Source: Fistulifera solaris
Taxonomy: Eukaryota
Length of the DNA: 64,000 bases
NCBI GenBank assembly: GCA_030295235.1
Contig: AP026126.1
Location: 496,001-560,000 of the forward strand
Reading direction: 5' to 3'
The translations under genes and the position numbers were made by a program. Position 1 is the first letter of the stretch; each line of letters opens with the position of its first letter. The notes under the pieces were generated by a model that worked only from the letters and a program-made list of their open reading frames with translations, searched no databases and was not told the origin of the DNA. Below, in pieces: positions 47,341-60,152 of this stretch.

Positions 47341-49693
47341 TTAAACATAATCGATTTGATAAAGGCGAATGTAACCTCTGGTGCTAAAGCCGAATTGCAT
47401 TGCTGACAGAGCATACAACAGGAAGATAGCGGCAAAGGAGGCGCTCGATTTGGCTTGCGATTGCAGGACTTTTGTCACATCATCTGTCGTCCACTCTGGA
47501 CATCGGATAGAATCAGACGGATCCTGGTCGCAACCCGTACAGGTGTTGGCTTGATCAAGGAAGCAAGCAATGTTTCCTCGAGCTTCCTCCGACAAAGGAT
47601 TTTCAACCAGAGAAATAGAGAATGCTATACTTCCGCCAACGATCCAAATAAGTAAAATGAAGACGACAGCGATAATGATTAGAAAGAAATTGACGGCTAG
47701 CATCTTGTATCGCTTATCCCTCGTGTTCAATATAGTGTACGAGCTGATGAACCATCCTAGAATCGCTGCAAGGAAGAAAAGTCCTGCGCAAAGGGATTCA
47801 AGGATGACATCATCGATTAGATGGTGGGCAACGAGTAAAAACATCCATAAACCAACTTTACATACCTCCTGCAGCAACGAAAAGCAAACCGACCCAAAAG
47901 GTAGATGACCTGTCGGCTTGATTGACTAGTTCGGACGAGGACGAAAAAACAAATAAGAGACCGTTACCGATACAACCCAAAATGGGAAGAGAAAACCACG
48001 CAGGGACGTTGGATTCTCTCGATTTTTGAACAAGGGGTCTAGAGATGATGCTTTCTAGGATTCTCACGACCAGCAGTAGCTGATGATATTGAAGGGCGTC
48101 AGTGAAACGTCTAATATCCAGTGTATAGGCGAAGAATATATAGACCGACTTACCAGGAGCACTAGCACGATTCCCCAGATAGCATTTCCGTAATAATATG
48201 CAATCATAAATTTGTCAAACTTATCTTGAGCATCAGCTCGAATCTCACCGCAATTGGTCACATTGAAATTGACCAAACACCAGCTCGTCACATTTTCCAC
48301 TTCCGGAGCTGCGCACAATGTATTGTATGAACTACTTGGTTTACAAAAAGCTCTTCGAAAAGTGGCCAGGGACTCATCTCGCCACCCTGTAAGGCAAACC
48401 ATAGAGATGATGATATGAGTACGAGAATCTGAAAGAGGTTGTCAACGAAAAGAAACGGCTACTTTCTGACATTTCCTTTCAACTTACAGTGCTTGACCCA
48501 GACCCTTGTAACTCGGAAATAATCAAAAGACCGATCACAGAATAAATCTAGATCGCATTCGTTCCATTTTTAGAGTAGGACATAAGCTACACGCGTTCAA
48601 AACGTGAATGCACTTACCTGAATTGGAATGATCCAGAGGAGAAGCCACAAGTATCGAATGGCCCCCTTCAAGTTGACACTGCGTACAACAGGAACAATTA
48701 CAATCGTCATGACCAGCAGAAGGAATGCAATACTCCCCATGGTAAAAACAGCTCCATTGATATTCCACACGTGAGACAAAACCTCGATGTCCGCGGGGGT
48801 GCTGTCCGGTCCTCGTAAATTACCCGTCGAATCATACTCTAACACATCGTGCTCCGCAATATCGGCAGTGAGGTACACAAAAGCATCACCGCAGAGAATA
48901 ATTGAAAAAAGGCGAAGATGGCGCAAAGAATATTCAAGCGTTGTACAATGGCTCGATCTGTCGTTTGCGACAAGGGAAAGCACAGGAAGCAAGGTGCTTT
49001 CATGACGACACAGGCCGCCAGTCGATTCCAGCTGGGTCGTTTCTTCGCAAGCCAAGTGGGCAAGGGAATACCCCAGAGGGACGGTGGTGTTCTTCCATTT
49101 CGTTCCGTAGACCAGTCAGCAGGATGCGACGAGTCGTCATCGTCGTACATTTCGCTGGTAGGACTCGACAAGCCGACCAACGAGTGGGATGGCTGGATTT
49201 GTGCCGGGGTGGGCTCATTTGAGGAGAACCGTGTTGGATTCTCCAAGTCATCCTCCACATTTGTACTGGATTGATTGTAGGACGAAAGACTTAATCGTGA
49301 AATGAGGTGCCTTTCGCCGGCAGGCGACGGCTTTGTTAATTTTTCATTGAGTAGATCTTCTTCAGCAATTTGATATGCTTCGCCCGGTTCGGATGGTTTC
49401 CTGGAATATCGCCTCAGCAAGCCACGTTTTGAATGAAATTTCCGTTCTTTCTTCGGAGACCGCGGATCAAGAAAAGGGAAACTAGCCCCTCCGCTACTCC
49501 ATATCCTAGCTCGACCCAAGCTCTTTTCCTCCGTTCCTCGAATGGGTAATCCGACCATATTTCCTTCGCTAAACGCTCGGCGCCGCGACAATCGATCCTC
49601 ACGTGGTGATAGGTCACATACATACTCTAAATCCTGGATAGAATAGTCTTCATACTCGTCGTCGTTTCCCATGTTCGCTTTGTTTTTATGCAT
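47341..49693 (-). CDS. Multi-exon polytopic membrane protein of unknown function with Cys-rich loops
   Basis: Chain of co-oriented ORFs with many TM segments, linked by GT-AG introns and frameshifts; exon structure only partly resolved. Confidence 0.6.
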
Positions 49694-49804
49694 TCGAGAT
49701 TTTTGAAGTGTGCGGCGGTTTTTGGTTTAAAAAAAACAACAACAACCCGTCTCATGACACGCAAACACGAAATCCGATCGTATAGTTCTCTTGATGATTC
49801 ATAA

Positions 49805-49861
49805 TTCATGACTAAAATCCAGTCGTGGTTCAGTTGATGGAAGAACACTTTGAACTATTGT
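49805..49861 (-). repeat. Copy of ~55-bp promoter-proximal hairpin element
   Basis: Minus strand reads ACAATAG-TTCAAAGTGT...CACGACTG-GATTT-TAGTCATG-AA. Confidence 0.8.
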
Positions 49862-50013
49862 CGTTGCGTGTGTCGCACTAACACACCCATCACAGCCACC
49901 GGATGATTTTTTCCCATTTATTGCATCACAACCAAACAACATTCTTCTACCATTCATTAAGAATGATACCAGCATCTCCGACTCGTCATCTCCTTTTCTC
50001 TTTTTAATTCATC

Positions 50014-52660
50014 ATGATACATTTCTTCTTGGTTTTGACGCACATTTTTATTGACAGTGCTATTGCTTGGACAGTCTCCTTATCGGATCGGCATTTTGTC
50101 AATTATAATACACCCCGTTCTTTCAAACGATACGCTTCGACTCCCTTTGAATCAGACTTGTACATTCCTCCGGAAAATGAAAGCTCGAGATCAGCACTAG
50201 CTGTACCAGATGATACGCAACTCGTTCTTGGGATAAATAAATACTCGCATGATACGTCATTATGTGCGGCCGACGCCAACACGGGTCAAGTCCTTTTCGC
50301 CCTGTCCAAAGAGCGCATCAGTCGTCGGAAACATGATTCGGGGAATATTGCTTCCTTGGTGGAAGTCTGCCTGGAGTCTCTCGATTTGCAGCTCGAAAAT
50401 ATTCAGAAAGTTGTCATGAACAATCACCATCATCGAATCTTACCGCTCGAAGAGAACAAACAATTTCACATGGAGTGGGAGTCGGCACTCAATATGAATG
50501 CGGGACACGAAAGTGGCTACGACGAACCAGAAAACACCTTACCCGATGCGGAACGCATGGAACTATCGCATCATTTGGCTCACGCGTACAGCACGGCCGC
50601 GCAGGCCCCGTTTGATGCGGGTCTCTGTGTCGTCATGGACGGTATGGGTGACACCTACAGAACGATGCTGCAAGCACAAGTTCAAAAGGATAACTCTTAT
50701 GTGAGTGATCTTACTTTTGGCGCAGATACTTTCCAGTGTATACCCAGTAACATCCAGGAATTGGCCGCATCTAGTCCGTTTGATTTCCGTGAAGCAGAAA
50801 GTGTATACCAGTTTCGGAAACAGACGTCGGAGAACGGCGCAAAGATAGATATTTGGCCCATTTTCAAGCGTTTTACCAGAGAAAATTCTCCACCTACGCT
50901 TTATAATCATGGATTTGAAAACATGGACGGTTTGGGAGCAGTCTATTCGAGAGCAAGTACTCACATTTTTGGAGACTGGAATAGTTGTGGTAAGGTGATG
51001 GGACTAGCTCCATGGGCTGGGTATCGTTGGACAGATAGCAATGGATATGAACTAGCCCCAAGGTCGATACTGGAACCTACGATGACCGGGTCAGTTTACA
51101 TTGAACAAGGCGACAATGCTTTGAAACTGGATAAGGCACTGATGGAAAAAGAGCCCTACTGCACAAAAAAATGATCCGGAGTTGTTCAACCCAGTTGACG
51201 GCACCATGAGAAAACGTTACGATTTCGATGACGATGACTTCACTTCTGGTGACAAAGCTGGACGGCGTTTACCTGCTTCGGTGGCTCTCAATGCTATATC
51301 GTTGGCAAGCCGTGTACAAGAAGACCTTGAAGAGGTGGGACTAGATTTTGTGAATTATTTCAAGGAAAAAACTGGCGAAACGAACCTTTGCCTTGCTGGA
51401 GGTGTTGCATTGAACTCGGTGTTGAATGGTCGATTGGCTAGAGATATCGGATTTGAACAAACTTTCATTTCTCCTTATCCAGGAGATGATGGCATTGCTG
51501 TTGGCTGTTGTGCTTTCGGGCTGTTTGGAAATAGTCGTCTTGGTATCAGCTCATCTATCCAATCTGAGAAGAACGCAGTGAGAGTATGGGACAAGCCTCT
51601 TTCTCCTTACCAAGGGCCCAGTTACGCGGACGATGAAATCAAAGACGCAATCGAACATGCACGTCCTTGGCTTGAAATCGATGTCGTACGAGATGAAGAC
51701 CAACGACTCGAGTTGATGGCTCGAGAGGTAGAATCTGGTGGGGTCATAGCATGGTATCGTTCTCGCTCAGAGCTTGGTCCTCGTGCACTAGGACACCGCA
51801 GCATTCTAGCTGATCCTCGAAAAAAAGGCTTGGTAAGGTTTATTAACGAAGAAGTCAAAAGCCGCGAGAGTTTCCGTCCATTTGCACCAAGTGTTTTGGC
51901 CGAAGAAGCAGATAAGTGGTTTGCAATTGGAGAAAGCAGACTAGACAACAATGTCAGTCCTTTCATGAGCATGACAGCCATTGTTCACAAAGCAAAACGA
52001 GCCATTATACCCGCAGTCACACACGTTGACGGTTCATCGCGCCTACAAACAGTAACGCGTGAAGACGAACCAATATATCACAAGTTCATTTCTAAATTTT
52101 TTGAAATAACCGGCGTCCCAATGGTGCTGAACACGTCTTTCAACACACTTCCAAGTGAACCCATCGTCGAGACACCGCACGACGCAATTCGGAGTTTTCT
52201 CTACTCCATGGGTTCAATTGAAATGCTAGTGATGGAGGACTACATTATCAAGCGAAAGAGAGCGGATGTTCGTAAACTACTTGGTGAAGCTTCAAATTCT
52301 GGAACGATAAAAACGGAACCCTCGTTCCCAAGGCGTACAGGCTTTGCTTATTTTGAATCATCCTTTACTTTAGAAGACGGAAACAACGAAAATGTATCAC
52401 CCAAAACACGTGTAAAAATGCCGGATAGACCCATGCACGGGAACAAAAACGAATGGTTTGAGCTTCTTGACGATCTCGAAGGAGAGATCCTGTCAGTTTG
52501 CGATGGACAAGTATCGTTGAATGATATTATGACATTCTACACTGCAGTGGAGCAAGAAGAAGCTTTGGGAGAGAAGAACGTCGCCGATGCGCAAAACATT
52601 TTGCAAAACACAGTCCACCGTTTAGTTCGACTGTATGAACATACGTTAATAAGTTGGTAA
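50014..52660 (+). CDS. O-carbamoyltransferase, NodU/CmcH/TobZ family, with signal/plastid-like presequence; frameshift in the A-run near 51165
   Basis: SHDTS, KERISRRKHD, SHHLAHA, MDGMG, GKVMGLAPW, CLAGGVALNS..NG, PGDDG.AVG, ELGPRALGHRSILADPR, VKSRESFRPFAP, HVDGSSRLQTV, LNTSFN. Confidence 0.93.
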
Positions 52661-52743
52661 TTATTTCTTTAAAAACGTATTTGTCCTATGTAAGAATGTA
52701 AAAATTGTATTCGGATTTCATCTATGATTCTAAAAGCGATAGT

Positions 52744-54129
52744 TCATGCGTGTTCAAGATGATGTTGTAGAATCTGTTGCAGCACCTCTTGGATCAATAC
52801 TTTTCTATCCGCATTCATAATTTCATCTTTCTTGATGTTTTCCAAAAACAAAGAGACTGTCTCTCTCAAAAATCCCGTCACTTCCTTGTTGGCGACAAGA
52901 ATAGTCTGGATTCCATCACCAATCATAGCTATCGCATTGCGGTCGTCAGAATGATCATGCTTGATTGCATGCAGATATAGATTGATAATAATAGCATGTT
53001 TCTCTTCCAAAGATGGAGCTTTGACTACGAGGTTCCAAGGAAAGCGGAAAGCGCGAGTAGTCTCCAGAATGCTGTGTACAATCGATACCCAAAAGAAAAA
53101 CGTGCGGTAGTCGGCGCTATCGGATGAGAGCGCCAGCTCGGTCTTTGATGAATATTCATGACACCGGCGAATGGCATCTGAAAGTATACTGTCGCCTCCA
53201 CCAGATAGAACAATATCCAGGCATTGGTCTGCAGAAAGATGTGCATTCCAAGATGTGAACCAGGTCGCAGCCGGGTCAACTTCGACCACACTTTGTCCGG
53301 CGACGGACATTCTACCTTCGGCATCCGCTTCAAGCCATTTCCAAAAGCATTCGCCTATACTCTGCACCCGCTTGTCGTGTACATAAACGCCTCGTAGCAT
53401 CCAGTCTTCAAACATAAGCAACGCCAATTCAACATAATTTCGAACCGTATTGTTTGTTTCTGTCGAGAGAACTATTCCAGAAGCAAGTTGTTCATCAATA
53501 ACGGTGACTAGATTTTGGCATAGACCGATTTGCATGGTGCGAAACTCGTTTGATGCGCGGCTTTTACTAAACCAACGCTTATGAAGTTCAAAAAAGTCGT
53601 GTGACGACGAGCTTAGCTCGTTGCGTAGACCTTCCAAAAAGAAGGGAGCCAGGTGTTCATCCCAATCGAGCAAAATATCCTGCAAGTACTCAAGACTCAG
53701 CAAAATCTGAACCCTCTTTCCCGTGCTCTCGCCCGATTCTTCCACCAAACGCTCCCATGACATGAAAGAGCCCAGAGACGCGCCGCCGAATAGCAAGGAA
53801 AACTGCGAAGGCTTTGACGGCGCTGTTGTCTTCAATTCCGGCAACGGAACGGAATTGCTCTTCCAGAGACGAACGGCATCTTCTCGCACGCGGGTTAGAA
53901 AGTCTTCGTCTGGCAGGCTACCATCGCCGCATCTGCGCCTTTCCTGGCATTCTTCCGCAATCTTCCGCAAGTAGCCATCGATTGTCTCTTGACTTGGCTC
54001 CCTCTTCTCATCGCTGGAGTACAAAATTGAAAGATTCTCCGCTAACGACGTTGCAGCAAGATGGCCCAGTTTTCTCTCGAGAGGATCTTTCCATTCGTAT
54101 GCTTTCTCTTCCGCCAGTTTTGTCGTCAT
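52744..54129 (-). CDS. Hypothetical helical protein
   Basis: Long open frame (461 aa from ATG 54129) with protein-like composition; no motif recognised. Confidence 0.7.
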   Translation of the reverse strand: MTTKLAEEKAYEWKDPLERKLGHLAATSLAENLSILYSSDEKREPSQETIDGYLRKIAEECQERRRCGDGSLPDEDFLTRVREDAVRLWKSNSVPLPELKTTAPSKPSQFSLLFGGASLGSFMSWERLVEESGESTGKRVQILLSLEYLQDILLDWDEHLAPFFLEGLRNELSSSSHDFFELHKRWFSKSRASNEFRTMQIGLCQNLVTVIDEQLASGIVLSTETNNTVRNYVELALLMFEDWMLRGVYVHDKRVQSIGECFWKWLEADAEGRMSVAGQSVVEVDPAATWFTSWNAHLSADQCLDIVLSGGGDSILSDAIRRCHEYSSKTELALSSDSADYRTFFFWVSIVHSILETTRAFRFPWNLVVKAPSLEEKHAIIINLYLHAIKHDHSDDRNAIAMIGDGIQTILVANKEVTGFLRETVSLFLENIKKDEIMNADRKVLIQEVLQQILQHHLEHA

Positions 54130-54705
54130 GGTGAAAAAATGGATCAAATAGGGGCTTTGCCAACACACGATAATACTCGCAGAAAACAACAATAGGGATG
54201 CTGATTCGTTTGAAAAGCGTTGCACGATCGCTTATTGTTGTGCGACTAAGGCGGGTTTCTCACAATCCGATGATCTCCGAAGCGCATCACGCCCATCAAC
54301 ATCGACATCACGACCTTGTCGGATCTTCGGAGGGAGATTTCCGCGGATGCACGACTGACTGCCATGCTTCGCACTATACGTTGTAAAGTAAAGTGGCATG
54401 CATTTTTTCGTTTTCGGATTACGTAGCTTTTTTCAAAACGGGATAGGCGTTCCACATTCTAAAGCTATGGTGACGTCCCCCGTTGCGATTGACAGGAACG
54501 GCTCAAAGGATGAGGATATGTCCGTTGGTTGTTTGACGGGCGGAGGAGAGACGGCGAACGTCGGATCAAAAAGAAAATTGACGGCTGCCGAATGCCGACT
54601 CTTGTGCACAATTACAAGGTACCAGGTACTTGTAGTTCATCGTATTGAAGGATAAGTTTTTATTATCCTCTGTTTACGAATACATAGACCAACTACTTCA
54701 TCAAG

Positions 54706-55430
54706 ATGTTTTCTATCATTCGAAATCTGAAACAACCCGCTTGTAGAGGATGCAATCTGATGCATCGAAAACTTTCCGAACCTTTCGTGACACCCGTTAC
54801 TGCAACACTACCTACGAATCATCTTGTTCTCCGCCAGCAAACTCGATCTCGATGGACCAAGGCGAAAAAGAAGCGTTTCGCTCGTTTTGAGTTGCGCAAG
54901 AAACTAGAAGAGGAAGGAAAATCATTACCGAAACCTGCGTATTATTTTCCTCGCGACACCCCCGTCGCCAACGCTCTTAGCAACACCGAGCGAGAAGCGC
55001 AGCGCACCGCCTTGAACGAAAAGGCATCAACCGAGATGAAAGCACGCTTGGAACAGAAAGAAGCCGAATTGGCACAGACTCCTATTCTGCGTCATCACTT
55101 TGGTGGTATTCAAATGAGTGAGCGCGTGCAAAAGCTTTTCGATTTGCAGAATGCCAGTCAAATGGAGCGAATCAAGTCGCAGAAGCAAAAAGTGATGCAG
55201 ATTTTTCAATACCGCCCGGGTGATACAGGAAGTTCTGCCGTTCAAATCGCTGCTCTTTCTACTCGCATTCAACAAATGCAAGCGCACATGACCAAACACA
55301 AGAAGGATAAACATAGTAAACGAGGAATGGAAGCACTTTTTCGCGACGTCGAAAGATGCTTGACTATTTGGAGCGAAAAGACTTTGAGAGCTATCGTCGT
55401 GTGGTGAAAGCACTTGGATTAGCCCGTTAA
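54706..55430 (+). CDS. MRPS15: Mitochondrial ribosomal protein uS15m; frameshift near 55340
   Basis: GDTGSSAVQIAALSTRI..HMTKHKKDKHSKRG, continuing in another frame as RRRKMLDYLERKDFESYRRVVKALGL; presequence-like N-terminus. Confidence 0.92.
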
Positions 55431-55526
55431 TACTAATTTTAATAACTTCCGATCAATTTGAAACTTGACTGGATTTTTTTTCGAATAAATCAGTGCGACA
55501 GAGTGCTAGTCAAACTATAGTCAAGA

Positions 55527-57350
55527 CTACAACCCCGATGTGGACTGGGAAGATAATACAGCTTTTCGGAGGACTTCGTTCTGTTCTCGGTAGCCATCGC
55601 GTTCGGCTTGTAGAACCATCATTTGTTTTCTACAATTCTTTACTTCCTTGACAAGAAGCTTCTTGGTTGCTCTCCATTCACGTTCGTTTTCGGTCCATTT
55701 TTCCCGCTCAAACTGTAGCATGTCACCCATGACGACTGCCTTTTGTTCGGCATGCTGTTTTATCGTTGCCATTTGATCACGCATCTCTTCTTCATTCTTC
55801 TTGTGTATCTTAGCTTCTCGTTCCAGCTCTTGGACTCTCCCGTCTAGAAATGCAATTACTTCTTGATCACTGGCGATTTGTTGAGATATTTTGGATTCAT
55901 TGTCTCCAATAGCCGCCAAAGTCCCTTCCATATCCCGTACTTTAGCGATTAAAAATTGCTTGACCCCTTCCGTACTTTCTAACGTTGCGGCGAGTTCTGA
56001 CTTTTCCTGCATAAGTCTCTCTACCAAACTTTCCTTTTGGCGCAACCGTTCCGTCATCACTATGATTGCGTTTAATTCCGCATCCGAAAGTTTCGATGCC
56101 ATCGAGCTTGCCAGGGCGGCGTTCATAGGTTGCTGAGCGTCCGAATTGGACCGTAACGGAGTTCGTGGAGGTGAAGGAGCGAATTTACCTCCCCGAGAAG
56201 GCTGTAGCATGGACGAGAATAAGCCACGTATCCCTTCCGCAGCTGAAGCGGTGGTCAAGGGGCTACTCTCGGAGCGGCGTAAAAAATGATGAGACGGGGA
56301 CGACGACGAAGGCGGTGACGAAGGTCCTGTCTGTGTCTCGAGATTGTTCACTTTACTGGACATTCCCGAAGCAACTTGAGTGGCTTGAGATGTGGTAGCA
56401 GTCGTTTCCACCGTCGCAATTGTCGAATTGTCAATACTGTCATTTCCACCACTCCCATTTCCGAGCCCAAACAATGTATCAACTCGACTGTACATGGATA
56501 TATTCACTTGAGCTGTATTGAGAATATCGAGCGCGTCGAGGTAGGCAAAAATTTGCATGAGAATCTTTGTTTCCAGGTTTTCCAGGGTCGGGACATCCTC
56601 TTGGATATCTTCTTCTAGAGCGACGACCGAATGGGGCTTGGCCAGAGTCTCTGTAGAAAGGAGCGTGTCTTCCGACTTTACTAGAACGGGTTGCTGTATA
56701 TTTGGTGGAACGTCTGTTTCTATCGTAAGTGGTGCGGGTACCTCGACGGAAGCTGCTCTTGCTACAGGAACGGAAGGCTCTGGCAATTGTACAATGGTGG
56801 CCTCTAGTGTCACCTTCGTACACTCCGTATCTTTACTTTCTTCCTTTGTTCTTTCTTTCGACCTTTCCGCTTTGGGTTTCTCTTGCTCCTCATGTGTTGG
56901 GCTTTGCCGAGAGACAGTTTCTTCGACGAGCGATTCTTCACTGCGATCGTTTCTACGACTCTCATTTTTCCGCTTGGCTTCCACCAGTTCTTCCTCCATT
57001 TGTATAAGCTTTGCAACGACTTCATCATATTGAATCAAAAAATCTTCATGTTTTTGTTTGATTAGTTTCAGTTCACCCATTTGTCGACTCAGCGCCAAAA
57101 GTTCTCGAACCAAATTATCCGCCACATATCTTTGCAGATGATAGCGTTCCTGAATGAGCACTTTCGATTCTTCCAGGGCCCACTCCTGTTCCACAACCTT
57201 TTCCTTTAGATACTTTAGCTCCTGTGCATGTGCCAGCTGCTCCTCCAACTTTTCAGCAATTTCGACATCCATAACCATTTCCTGGAGGCATTTTTCCACT
57301 GTAGAACGAATTTTGACATCCTCCAACGCACGGAGGAGTGTCTCCTCCAT
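55527..57350 (-). CDS. Coiled-coil protein with central F-box-like motif
   Basis: 607-aa ORF; LENLETKILMQIFAYLDALDILNTAQVN; C-terminal heptads including KKLLVKEVK. Confidence 0.78.
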   Translation of the reverse strand: MEETLLRALEDVKIRSTVEKCLQEMVMDVEIAEKLEEQLAHAQELKYLKEKVVEQEWALEESKVLIQERYHLQRYVADNLVRELLALSRQMGELKLIKQKHEDFLIQYDEVVAKLIQMEEELVEAKRKNESRRNDRSEESLVEETVSRQSPTHEEQEKPKAERSKERTKEESKDTECTKVTLEATIVQLPEPSVPVARAASVEVPAPLTIETDVPPNIQQPVLVKSEDTLLSTETLAKPHSVVALEEDIQEDVPTLENLETKILMQIFAYLDALDILNTAQVNISMYSRVDTLFGLGNGSGGNDSIDNSTIATVETTATTSQATQVASGMSSKVNNLETQTGPSSPPSSSSPSHHFLRRSESSPLTTASAAEGIRGLFSSMLQPSRGGKFAPSPPRTPLRSNSDAQQPMNAALASSMASKLSDAELNAIIVMTERLRQKESLVERLMQEKSELAATLESTEGVKQFLIAKVRDMEGTLAAIGDNESKISQQIASDQEVIAFLDGRVQELEREAKIHKKNEEEMRDQMATIKQHAEQKAVVMGDMLQFEREKWTENEREWRATKKLLVKEVKNCRKQMMVLQAERDGYREQNEVLRKAVLSSQSTSGL

Positions 57351-57981
57351 TTTGATCGCGTAAATTGTTTTTACGTCGATGCACGGACCGCCTCCGAAAA
57401 CAATTTAGAGCTTGATTCTTGCGTTGAACGACTTTTGTGCTTCCACAACGTTCGCAAAGCCTAATTGCTGTTCTACTACAATCCAATCAACTTCTGGATT
57501 TTTTTCGAGTGAGTTTTTTTTTCTTCACACAACACACGAATGCGTGAACTTTTCACTTTTCACTCACAATGAAAGTGTCGCAATAGGACCCATTTCAAGT
57601 CGTTGAGTTTCGGACAAGGCTACGTGGTACACGGGTAAAGAGAAGTGCGGAAATTGAATACCACTTACTTGAAATCAATGTAGTTTTTAGTTACACTGAT
57701 TCCTCGTATTTATAATTATGATCTACAGTTTTACGTATAGAGAAATAGAAAACGTTTCGTGTTTAAGCACAAAGATGACCGGCGACGCCATGCCATGCAC
57801 CATGGTCGATCTGTTGCTGCGGTGCTTGCTTGGTGCTTGGGCTTGGGCAGGGCGACGACCCCGACACTCCTCCTCCAAACGGTCCAATAAGTGCGGTATC
57901 ACGGCGTTTTGCAGTGCAACTCCAAAAACAGACCAACATATACAATCCTCAGAAGTTCATTCAATAATAACTAGATTTACA

Positions 57982-60020
57982 ATGACGACTCCCGAAATGT
58001 CTCTAAAGGCCGCCCAAGTCAAGGCGGTGCACCGTATGTTGGCCTTCAACGAAGAATCATCCGCCGCCACCTACGACAACGACTTTAGCTTACCCCCGGC
58101 CGGATCCAGCAACAATCAGTGGAAGATTTTAATTTATGACGCAGCTTGTCGATCGATCATTTCCCCCATCATGTCCGTCCAGCAATTACGCCGACGTGGA
58201 GTGACGCTGCATCTGTTGTTGAACTCGGAACGCGAAGCCATTCCGGATGTGCCCGCCATTTACTTTTGTCGCCCCACGAAAGAGAACTTGGCAATCATCG
58301 CTCAAGACTGCGCGAAAGGTCTTTATGATCGAGCGCATTTGAACTTTGTCACGAAGTTGGATCGGGAATTGATGGAAGAATTCGCCAAACTGGTGGTGCA
58401 AACGGGAAGTTTAAATAAGGTGGCCTCGGTGCATGATCAATATCTCGATTACGTTTGTCTAGAGAAACGCCTTTTTAGCTTGCATAAAGTCAATTCTTAT
58501 GCAATATACAATGGTTCGGGGACTACTGAGGCGATGATGGAGCAGGCAATGACAGAGATCGCGTACGGTTTGTTTTCAGTTGTTGCGACGCTGGGCCATA
58601 TTCCGATAATTCGCTGTCCCAAGGTGAGCTACTGAATGTGCGTTTTTGTTTTATTTTCTTGCCAGACACTTCTAAACTTAATTTTGGATTCTTTTGAAAG
58701 GGCGGTGCACCTGAAATGGTAGCGAGAAAATTGAACCGAATGATTTCTGAGCACCCAACACTCCTCCGCAACAAAAGCTCAATTACTCGGCCGCTGGTTG
58801 TAATATTGGATCGAAATGCCGATTTGATAACACCTATTCAGCACACGAGTACTTATCAGGCTCTCATCGATGATTTGTTGAAGCATCAGGCAAATCGCGT
58901 AGAGTTCGAGGTCGTGCAGGACCCAGACTCCAATCGCCCAAAGAAAACGCAAAAGCGTTTTGATCTCGATCCCGACGAGGATCGATTCTACTCTGCACAT
59001 AAATTCCAACCATTTCCAGAGGCTATCGAAAGTAACGGTGCTGAATTACAGGAAGTCACCGCTCGCGAACAAGAGATTCGATCCAAAACGGGCGGTGCTG
59101 ATCCGAGTTCCGCCGTCGATCCACTTTCGAGTGGGGCGAACGACCTTGCCAATGCCGTTGAATCGCTACCAGCACTACTGAATCGAAAGAAGCAGTTAGA
59201 GGTTCACACAAGTATCCTTCAAGCTGTCATGAACGAAGTGGCGGCTCGTGATGTTCCCCAATTCTACGAACTGGAGTCGGCCCTTGCAACCGGAACTTAC
59301 AAAAATGACCCAACCAAGGCAAAGCAAAAGGTTCTAACGTTTGTTGGTGATGCAGATAAAGGTAGTGTAGAAGACAAAATTCGCCTCATCATGGTCTATG
59401 CTCTTACTACAGCTGCGAAGACTGCGGAACTCGATGAAGTGGGGACAGCATTACAACAAGCGTGTGAAATGAAAGCGGCTCAGGACGCTTCAGTACGCCA
59501 AGTTCTTTCCAATGGTTTAAAAGCAATTAGTTATTTGAAGAAGCTACGGTCGATGCATATGATACCATCTGCCGCAGATATGCTGCAGGAGTTGCAGGCT
59601 ACACCAGGTGGTGAAAAGTCTTCTTCGCATGTATTTAGCAGTCTTATGGCCAAAGCAACGACGCAGGCGACGGATTTACTGGCCAAGGCAACCGATAAAG
59701 TTACTTCTATGCTGGGAAAGATCAATAAGCATCACGCAACTGTCGTGGTGGAAAATCTTTGTGAGATGAAACCTGGCACGGAAGACGAAACATATCTGTA
59801 TCTCGACCCAAAAGTCAAAGGTGACGTCGATGTTATCAAGTTACAATCGATGACACGTGCTACTGTGCGAGAAGCCATTGCTTTCGTGATCGGAGGAGGG
59901 TGCTACGGTGAGTATCAAAATTTGCAAATGGTTGCAAACGATCGACGACAAATCAGTTACGGCAGCACCGAACTTCTTAATGCCAGTGCATTCTTGTCGC
60001 AAGTAGGACAGTTAGGCTAA
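57982..60020 (+). CDS. SLY1: Sec1/Munc18 family protein Sly1; intron 58624-58700
   Basis: WKILIYD...IISPIMSV..LR..GVTLHL, IPDVPAIYFCRPT.EN, VHDQYLDY, RPLVVILDRN.DL, TYQALIDD, FVIGGG.Y.EYQNL, YGSTEL. Confidence 0.95.
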
Positions 60021-60152
60021 ATAGACTCTTTTTAAAATTGTGTTTGTCTGGCAGCTAGTAATATTACAGACAAATTCTGTCCACATTAAGCAAGTTGCAA
60101 AAAAAAACAATGTAGCCGAATTTATTGTATAAATACTTTCTAATGACATCAA

